A DNA stretch of 64,000 bases, from the NCBI GenBank assembly GCA_964612665.1, contig CAZTCI010000004.1:14376-78375 (forward strand), written 5' to 3'. The position numbers and the translations under genes were made by a program. The notes beneath the pieces were generated by a model that searched no databases, had not been told where the DNA came from, and saw only the letters and a list, made by a program, of their open reading frames with translations. The stretch is from an uncultured Planctomycetales bacterium. GTDB taxonomy: Bacteria > Omnitrophota > Gorgyraeia > Zapsychrales > JAHFFX01. This document shows, in pieces, positions 57,841-64,000 of this stretch (position 1 is its first letter; each line of letters begins with the position of its first letter).

Positions 57841-58795
57841 TATAAAACGAGTGATTATTGCTGTCATCGTAGGCGCATTGCTTATTGGTGCATGGTTTAA
57901 ATTAAAGCCCCGCACGAAGGATGGAACGGTCAAGATCATTCACGCGCGTATAGGTAATATTCAGTCCGTTGTCTCGACGACGGGAACAGTGCTGCCTAAA
58001 AACCGTTTGGAAATTAAACCTCCGGTTAACGGTCGGATTGAACAGATCATGGTTAAAGAAGGAGATCCAGTTAAAACCGGGCAGACAATTGCTTGGATGA
58101 GTTCAACTGACCGCGCGGCTCTTTTAGATGCTGCACGAGGCCAGAACGAAGAAGCAATCAAATATTGGCAGGAAGTTTATAAACCTATTCCATTGATCGC
58201 GCCGATCGACGGGCAAGTCATTGTTGGCACCACACAACCCGGTCAGACGGTAACCGCCAGCGATGACGTTATTGTTTTATCCGACCGTCTTATTGTGCGT
58301 GCACAGGTCGATGAAACAGATATCGGTAAAATCAAACAGGGCCAGGATGCGCTTGTTTCTCTGGATGCTTATCCTGATACAAAAATCCACGCCGTCGTTG
58401 ATCATATTTATTATGAATCAAAAACAGTGAACAATGTGACCATTTATTCAGTTGATTTAGTTCCTGACAATGTTCCAGACTTTTTCCGCTCAGGAATGAA
58501 CGCCAATATTGATTTTATTCAGGAAAGTAAAAAAGACGTGCTCGTTCTGCCGCTGAACGCGGTTCAAAAAGAAGAAGGTGAAGCATTTGTTCTGGTTCAA
58601 TCTGAAAATGACAAAAAGTCTATTAAGCGCCCGGTAACTCTTGGTTTATCTGACGACAAAAAAGTCGAAATCGTTTCTGGTATAACCGAGGACGACAATA
58701 TTATTTTAAAGACACGAAAGTATTCTCTTCCCAAGCAAGCCAGCGGCGGCAGTAATCCGTTTATGCCTTCGCGGGGAGGCGGACGAAACAGGTAA
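57830..58795 (+). CDS. Periplasmic adaptor (HlyD/MacA-type membrane fusion protein)
   Basis: N-terminal TM and biotinyl/lipoyl-like motifs (…GTVLPKNRLEIKPPVNGRIEQIMVKEGDPVKTGQTIA…APIDGQVIV…). Overlaps the tolC-like stop and precedes the macB-like gene. Confidence 0.8.
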   Translation: MKINIKRVIIAVIVGALLIGAWFKLKPRTKDGTVKIIHARIGNIQSVVSTTGTVLPKNRLEIKPPVNGRIEQIMVKEGDPVKTGQTIAWMSSTDRAALLDAARGQNEEAIKYWQEVYKPIPLIAPIDGQVIVGTTQPGQTVTASDDVIVLSDRLIVRAQVDETDIGKIKQGQDALVSLDAYPDTKIHAVVDHIYYESKTVNNVTIYSVDLVPDNVPDFFRSGMNANIDFIQESKKDVLVLPLNAVQKEEGEAFVLVQSENDKKSIKRPVTLGLSDDKKVEIVSGITEDDNIILKTRKYSLPKQASGGSNPFMPSRGGGRNR

Positions 58796-58799
58796 TCCA

Positions 58800-60776
58800 A
58801 TGATTGAATTTAGAAATGTTTCTAAAATCTATAAAACCGGAACTGAAGAGGTCAAAGCGGTTGATTGTGTGTCGCTCAAGATTTCTGCCGGCGAGTTTGT
58901 GGCGATTATGGGCGCTTCGGGTTCGGGAAAATCAACCATGATGCATATTATGGGGCTTTTGGACCGTCCAGATTCGGGAAGTTATCTTTTGGCTGGTAAA
59001 GACACGACTGGTTTGTCCGACGAGCAATTGGCGGCGCTCCGTAATCGTTTTATCGGTTTTGTTTTTCAGCAATTTCATTTGTTGGCCAGAATGACTGCTT
59101 TAGAGAATGCTGAACTTCCCTTGATTTACGCTGGCCGGCGGAAGATGCAGGAAAAAGTCCGTCAAGCTTTGACCTCGGTTGGGTTGGCCCAACGTACGAC
59201 ACACCGGCCAAATGAACTTTCCGGCGGGCAGCAGCAGCGCGTTGCGATTGCCCGCGCACTGGTCAACGATCCTTTTATTATTATGGCGGATGAACCGACG
59301 GGAAATCTGGATACCAAAAGCAAGGACGAAATTATCGCCATCCTAAAAGAATTAAATGCTCAAGGAAAGACAATCATTATGGTCACGCATGAACCGGATA
59401 TGGCTTCTCACGCCACGCGTGTGGTTCAGATGCGCGACGGTAAAATTTTTTCAGATGAAACAAAAACAAAAACGGCCACAATAGCGGAAAAAAGAAATCA
59501 ATCGGCTGTCGTCGAAGAAGCCGTTATGTTTTCACCGAAACCATATGAGTTGGCTAAATTTCTTGATTCTGTCCGGCAAGCCATTTATGCCATGATCACG
59601 CACAAATTACGCTCGTTCTTATCTATCTTGGGGATTTTGATTGGCGTCGGTGCGGTCATTACTATGTTAGCTTTAGGCCGGGGCGCGCAAGAATCGATTC
59701 AAACACAATTGGCTTCGTTAGGATCTAATTTGTTGATGGTGAGGCCGGGGCAAACCCGCGTGCAAGGCGTTGCGTTGGAGGCTGGATCGGTAACGCGATT
59801 AAACTTTCCCGATATGAATGCTATCAGTCAATTGCCTTCTGTCCGACGGGTAAGTGCTTCAGTAACAGGGCGGGTGCAAGCCGTTTACAGCAGTAAGAAT
59901 TGGAATACGCAATTAGAAGGAGTGAATGTTGATTACGCACCAATGCGAGCATCGGTGCCAACCGTGGGACGTTTTTTTACCGAGGAGGAATTGCGCAGCC
60001 GTGCCAAATTGGTCATTTTAGGACCAACGGTCGCGCAACAATTATTCGGTCAAGCTAATCCCATTGGCGAAACAATTAAAATCAACTTAATTAATTTTAA
60101 CGTGATTGGCATTCTCCCGGCGAAAGGCGCAAGTTCATGGCGCGACCAAGACGACACAATTCTTGTCCCTGTTACGACGGCCATGTACCGTTTATTGGGT
60201 AAGGAATATATTGATTCCATCTATGTCGAAGTTACTTCTCCCGAGGAAATGGATACAGCCCAACAAGCCATCTTGGATGTTTTAATGAAGCGTCATCATA
60301 TTAATAAGATAAGCGAAAATGACAACGACGAGGCTTTTCAAATCCGAAATATGGCGGACATTAAAGCGGCCTTAGAAACGACGACGAAAACCATGGCGAT
60401 GCTTTTAGGATCAATTGCGGCGATTTCACTTTTAGTTGGAGGCATTGGGATTATGAATATCATGTTGGTTTCAGTCACAGAGCGTACACGTGAAATCGGT
60501 TTACGAAAAGCGATCGGCGCAACCCGTCGTGACATTATGATGCAATTTTTAGTGGAAGCTGTTTTAATGGCCTGCATTGGTGGAGTCGCCGGAATAATTT
60601 TAGGTACAGGTGCTTCTTTTTTGATGGTTCTTTTTTCCGGCTGGACGATTAAAATTGCCGCGTCCTCAATTATTTTATCAACGACATTTTCTTTTGGTGT
60701 GGGCATGATTTTTGGACTTTGGCCGGCTCATCAAGCATCATTATTAAAACCAATTGAAGCATTGCGTTACGAATAG
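58800..60776 (+). CDS. macB: MacB-type ABC transporter (fused ATPase + FtsX-like permease)
   Basis: Walker [13 protein letters not shown] signature [15 protein letters not shown]. Walker [13 protein letters not shown]. Four-TM FtsX-like permease with a large periplasmic domain. Confidence 0.85.
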   Translation: MIEFRNVSKIYKTGTEEVKAVDCVSLKISAGEFVAIMGASGSGKSTMMHIMGLLDRPDSGSYLLAGKDTTGLSDEQLAALRNRFIGFVFQQFHLLARMTALENAELPLIYAGRRKMQEKVRQALTSVGLAQRTTHRPNELSGGQQQRVAIARALVNDPFIIMADEPTGNLDTKSKDEIIAILKELNAQGKTIIMVTHEPDMASHATRVVQMRDGKIFSDETKTKTATIAEKRNQSAVVEEAVMFSPKPYELAKFLDSVRQAIYAMITHKLRSFLSILGILIGVGAVITMLALGRGAQESIQTQLASLGSNLLMVRPGQTRVQGVALEAGSVTRLNFPDMNAISQLPSVRRVSASVTGRVQAVYSSKNWNTQLEGVNVDYAPMRASVPTVGRFFTEEELRSRAKLVILGPTVAQQLFGQANPIGETIKINLINFNVIGILPAKGASSWRDQDDTILVPVTTAMYRLLGKEYIDSIYVEVTSPEEMDTAQQAILDVLMKRHHINKISENDNDEAFQIRNMADIKAALETTTKTMAMLLGSIAAISLLVGGIGIMNIMLVSVTERTREIGLRKAIGATRRDIMMQFLVEAVLMACIGGVAGIILGTGASFLMVLFSGWTIKIAASSIILSTTFSFGVGMIFGLWPAHQASLLKPIEALRYE

Positions 60777-60892
60777 AAATTATATTTTATGTGCTCAAAA
60801 TTCAGTCAAAATAATTTATTGACAAAGTTCCTAAAATAAGCGATATTTAAACCGCAAATAGCACGGCAACAGTGAATGTAGATGAGAAACCT

Positions 60893-60936
60893 TTATCCGC
60901 AGGATAGTTACCGTTCAAATCTTGCGGATTTTTTAT
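60893..60936 (+). terminator. Rho-independent terminator of the macAB-tolC operon
   Basis: atccgcagga-…-cttgcggat hairpin followed by tttttt. Confidence 0.65.
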
Positions 60937-61064
60937 AAACACAATGTGCCAATTTTGAAAAAAATTGTGAGAAATTTGCACACAGCGTTTATAAGGTAAA
61001 GTTATCCGCTCCGTTGTTGAAGGTGGCGGAAGTTAAGACACAGTAAAAGGAGGAAGTAAAGAAA

Positions 61065-61265
61065 ATGGCTAAAGGTACAGTAAAATGGTTCAGCAACCAA
61101 AAGGGTTACGGGTTTATTACTCCAGAATCAGGCCGCGATGTTTTTGTTCATCACAGCGCGATTACAGGTGAAGGGTATAAATCGTTGGACGAAGGCCAGA
61201 AGGTTGAATTTGAAATCCAGCAAGGCCCCAAAGGCGAACAAGCGGTTAATGTTGTAAAACTTTAA
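61065..61265 (+). CDS. cspA: Cold-shock protein, CspA family
   Basis: 66 aa. [33 protein letters not shown]… carries the RNP1/RNP2 motifs (KGYGFI, VFVHH). RBS aaaggagg. Confidence 0.9.
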   Translation: MAKGTVKWFSNQKGYGFITPESGRDVFVHHSAITGEGYKSLDEGQKVEFEIQQGPKGEQAVNVVKL

Positions 61266-61278
61266 TCCGAAAAAATAA

Positions 61279-61316
61279 AAGGCCGTTCCGCATTAAGTGG
61301 AACGGCCTTTTTTTAA
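61279..61316 (+). terminator. Rho-independent terminator
   Basis: aaaggccgttccgcattaagtggaacggcc followed by ttttttt. Confidence 0.8.
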
Positions 61317-61411
61317 TTTCTCGGTTTTACAATCTTCTAAAAAAATGATATAAAATTTCACTCCATTTTGTCATGATGAATTTATTAATTTGATTCCCGT
61401 AAAATTTTTCT

Positions 61412-62878
61412 ATGAAATCACACTCGCCCATTGATCTTCACAATATTGCCTATCAGGCTATGATTGAACGAGGGTTCTTGCCGAAATTTTCGCCGCAGGT
61501 CATTAAAGAAATACAAAATCTGGCCAATGATCAGAATCACTTAAACTCAAGTACTTCAACCAAGGATTTGCGCCAATTACTCTGGTCTTCAATTGATAAT
61601 CCAGATTCGTTAGATCTTGATCAAATTGAATTCTGTGAAGAAAAATCCAACGGAGCCATTCGGATTTTAATTGGCATTGCTGATGTCGATTCGATGGTGA
61701 CAAAACATTCGGCTATCGACGAACATGCGTATCATAATACGACGTCCGTTTATACCGGTGTTCAGACATTTCCTATGCTTCCAGAAAAATTATCCAATGA
61801 ATTAACCTCGCTTATGGAAGATGCTGACCGTTTAGCCATCGTGATTGAATTTACAATTGATGGCCGCGGGCAAGTTCAAGCGAGCGACGTTTATCAGGCG
61901 CAAGTACGTAATTATGCCAAGCTGGACTACGAATCGGTTGGCGCTTGGTTAGCTGGCGAAGGACCTATGCCAGAGAAGATAAGCAAAGTTAATGGATTAG
62001 AAGATCAAGTGCGTTTGCAAAATAAAGCAGCTGGACTTTTGGCAAATCTCAGCCGGGCTAACGGCGCTTTGGATTTAGAAACAATAGAACCTAAGGTTGT
62101 TTTTGAGAATGGCCAAATTGTTGACTTAGTCCACCGGGAAAAAAATCTAGCCCGGCAGATTATTGAAAATTTCATGATAACAGCTAACGGGGTTATGAGT
62201 TTATTTTTAGAGGCGAAAGGTGTAGCGCGTTTGCAAAGGATTGTGCGCCGTCCAAAACGCTGGGACCGTATTCGCCAGCTGGTGAACACGTTAGGTTCAA
62301 CATTACCCAAAGAGCCGGATGTGAAGGCGCTATCTAATTTTTTAATTGAGCAGCGCCAAAAAGATCCGCAGCGTTTTCCTGATTTATCATTGGCGATTAT
62401 TAAACTTTTAGGAGCGGGTGAATATGCGGCGGTTAAACCTGAGCAAAAGTATGAAGGCCATTTCGGTCTTGCCGTCGAGGATTATACTCATTCAACCGCG
62501 CCTAACCGGCGGTATCCTGATTTAATTATGCAGCGGTTGGTTAAGGCGATGCTTAATAAAACTGATACACCGTACCAATTTTCTCAGCTTAAAGATATTG
62601 CCGATCATTGCACCGAGCGCGAACAAGCCGCCAAGAAAGTCGAACGGTTTATGCGCAAGGTCGCTGCGGCCGTTTTACTGGAAGATCGTATCGGACAGAT
62701 TTTTGATGCAATTGTGACGGGCGTTAACGATTCCGGCACTTATGTTCGTTTGGTTCGGCCGCCGGCTGAAGGGCGGTTGATGGTAGGCGAAGCCGGCATC
62801 GATGTTGGCGATAAAATTAGAGTGCGGTTACTTTCAGTTGATCCGCTTAAAGGGTATATTGATTTCGCGCGGGCTTAG
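61412..62878 (+). CDS. Short RNase II/R-family (RNB-domain) 3'-5' exoribonuclease with C-terminal S1-like domain; catalytic Asp cluster partly substituted
   Basis: RNB motifs: 'SIDNPDSLDLDQIEF' (cf. IDDASTEDMDDALF of RNase II), 'ILIGIADVDSMV' (cf. VHIADVSHYV), 'TSVYTGVQTFPMLPEKLSNELTSL' (cf. RGTSVYFPDRVIPMLPE.LSN.LCSL). C-terminal …YVRLVRPPAEGRLMVGEAGIDVGDKIRVRLLSVD… is S1-like. Confidence 0.55.
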   Translation: MKSHSPIDLHNIAYQAMIERGFLPKFSPQVIKEIQNLANDQNHLNSSTSTKDLRQLLWSSIDNPDSLDLDQIEFCEEKSNGAIRILIGIADVDSMVTKHSAIDEHAYHNTTSVYTGVQTFPMLPEKLSNELTSLMEDADRLAIVIEFTIDGRGQVQASDVYQAQVRNYAKLDYESVGAWLAGEGPMPEKISKVNGLEDQVRLQNKAAGLLANLSRANGALDLETIEPKVVFENGQIVDLVHREKNLARQIIENFMITANGVMSLFLEAKGVARLQRIVRRPKRWDRIRQLVNTLGSTLPKEPDVKALSNFLIEQRQKDPQRFPDLSLAIIKLLGAGEYAAVKPEQKYEGHFGLAVEDYTHSTAPNRRYPDLIMQRLVKAMLNKTDTPYQFSQLKDIADHCTEREQAAKKVERFMRKVAAAVLLEDRIGQIFDAIVTGVNDSGTYVRLVRPPAEGRLMVGEAGIDVGDKIRVRLLSVDPLKGYIDFARA

Positions 62879-62884
62879 AAAAAT

Positions 62885-63232
62885 ATGACAAAGAATCCGG
62901 TTTATCATCCTCTGTGGCGACGGGCATTTTTTTCTTTTTCTTTAATTGTAACTGTGATGGCAGTTGGCACACTGGGCATGCAAGCTATTGAGAGAATTTC
63001 TTTGCTCGATGCTTTTTATTTTATGAGTATGCTGGCGACCTCGCAAGGCCCGACATACATTCCGCAAACAGCTTTAGGAAAAATTTTCGCGTCGTTTATG
63101 GCTTTTATTTCGGTCGGTGCTGTTGTGGCATCCGTGGGGTTTCTTTTTGGACCATTTTTGGGAGAGCTGTGGCATGTGGGTGTTAAACGGTTCGAGGAAA
63201 GAATAAGTGCGCGTAAATCTAACCAAAAATGA
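62885..63232 (+). CDS. Small two-TM pore-loop (K+-channel-like, Ion_trans_2) protein with non-canonical selectivity filter
   Basis: 115 aa: M1 helix, pore helix 'LDAFYFMSMLA', filter 'TSQGPTY' in place of TVGYGD, M2 helix. Confidence 0.45.
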   Translation: MTKNPVYHPLWRRAFFSFSLIVTVMAVGTLGMQAIERISLLDAFYFMSMLATSQGPTYIPQTALGKIFASFMAFISVGAVVASVGFLFGPFLGELWHVGVKRFEERISARKSNQK

Positions 63233-63234
63233 TT

Positions 63235-64000
63235 TTATTTGGGAATAGTCTGAAAAACGGCGGCATTGTGTAGAAATTGCATGTGGGTTAGATTCGCTTT
63301 TAGCGCGGGGTTGTTAGGTTGTAAAACTAAGCCCTGTTTCAAATAAACTTCAGCGCCGGCAAAATCTTTTTGCTCATAGGCGATCTGCGCCAAAAGATCT
63401 AAAATATCGACGGGGTTTTCGCTGTGTTCAATATAGCGCTCCAAAACCTCACGCGCCTTTCCATATTCTTTAAGGTCTAAATAAAGCCGTGATAAAGACC
63501 GGTAGGAAAAAACAAAACCGGGATTTAACTGCAGTGCTTTTTCAAAACTTTGAATCGCAAGCTGTGTGCGCCCAGTGTCACGAAATGTTCCAGCTAAGTT
63601 ATGGTAAGCGACAGGATTTGTTGGGTCTAAATCAATCGCCCGTTTGTAAATGTTTTCTGCTTTATCATATTGTTGACGGTCCGCATACATCATTCCTAAA
63701 TTATTAATCACCCGATAACTTTTAGGCGCGTAGTTTAAAAGGTTTTCATAAAAAATAACAGCGTCTTTCCAATCAGCATTACGTATCACTGTCCGGACGC
63801 AAAAAAACAAAATATAAGCGGCCAATAATCCGACCGATATTTCCTTCATTTTAAAGAGATCAATCCATTTAATTAACCAATAACTAAAAATTAAAAAAAC
63901 GCCCATCATTGGCATATAAAGGAAATGTTCATACAAAAGCGAATTGATGGGGATAATAAGATTGGATGAAGGGAAGAGACCTATAAAAAACCACGCCACA
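63235..64000 (-). CDS. TPR-repeat membrane protein, partial (5' end beyond window)
   Basis: Minus-strand ORF open to the window edge. Hydrophobic N-terminal region followed by ≥5 TPR units (…YHNLAGTFRDTGRTQLAIQSFEKALQLNPGF…). Confidence 0.6.
   Translation of the reverse strand, partial: VAWFFIGLFPSSNLIIPINSLLYEHFLYMPMMGVFLIFSYWLIKWIDLFKMKEISVGLLAAYILFFCVRTVIRNADWKDAVIFYENLLNYAPKSYRVINNLGMMYADRQQYDKAENIYKRAIDLDPTNPVAYHNLAGTFRDTGRTQLAIQSFEKALQLNPGFVFSYRSLSRLYLDLKEYGKAREVLERYIEHSENPVDILDLLAQIAYEQKDFAGAEVYLKQGLVLQPNNPALKANLTHMQFLHNAAVFQTIPK

Noticed and set aside
60819-60847. Sigma-70-like promoter (TTGACA-17-GATATT) just after the macB stop
   Set aside because: It fires into the operon terminator hairpin 45 nt downstream. 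The -10 hexamer is poor, and there is no downstream gene before cspA's own upstream region. It is probably a chance match in AT-rich DNA.

Overview
This window is an AT-rich stretch (roughly 40% GC by eye) of a diderm (Gram-negative-type) bacterial chromosome. It is densely coding and mostly on the + strand. I found no rRNA, no convincing tRNA, no CRISPR array, and no transposase, integrase or phage genes.

Gene content, from start to end:
1. Exopolysaccharide / PEP-CTERM locus (1–13.6 kb):
 - Wzx-like flippase (5'-truncated by the window edge), Wzy/O-antigen-ligase-like membrane protein, GT4 glycosyltransferase, and a membrane-anchored clan GH-A glycoside hydrolase.
 - Exosortase and an EpsI-like partner on the minus strand.
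 - At least three PEP-CTERM proteins plus two other secreted proteins.
2. A lipoprotein and a Sel1-repeat protein (13.7–16.2 kb).
3. A SusC-like TonB-dependent outer-membrane receptor followed by a TonB2-type energizer cluster (16.4–25.5 kb): DUF3450/TtpB-like, large TtpC-like MotA/ExbB, ExbD, TonB, a second ExbB, and a TPR protein.
4. A radical SAM/SPASM enzyme translationally coupled to a second GT4 glycosyltransferase (25.6–28.0 kb).
5. A minus-strand tandem array of four paralogous secreted genes (28.4–39.6 kb). Each has a right-handed beta-helix plus carbohydrate-binding modules. The array shows mosaic domain swapping, near-identical 5' leaders and signal peptides, and a stranded 5' gene fragment.
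6. A third ExbB–ExbD pair followed by a large TPR protein and a TonB/TolA-like-anchored vWA protein (40.2–45.5 kb).
7. A nitroreductase and a tripartite RND efflux operon with adaptor, pump and outer-membrane factor (45.7–52.3 kb).
8. An SRPBCC protein transcribed divergently from an Ada-like AraC/O6-methylguanine-methyltransferase fusion. A small unannotated membrane peptide gene lies downstream.
9. A His/Tyr-rich secreted protein, an ECF sigma factor with a zinc-finger anti-sigma factor, an LTXXQ (CpxP/Spy-type) periplasmic protein, and a TolC–MacA–MacB pump (54.3–60.8 kb).
10. CspA-family cold-shock protein, a short RNase II/R-family exoribonuclease, a small K+-channel-like protein, and a 3'-window-edge TPR membrane protein.

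Most worth following up:
- the four-gene mosaic paralog array;
- the ExbB–ExbD–TPR–vWA 'transducer with a vWA head' cluster;
- the TonB2-type system with duplicated ExbB modules;
- the radical SAM/SPASM–glycosyltransferase pair;
- an exact 38-bp palindrome-containing element present in inverted orientation 45 kb apart.
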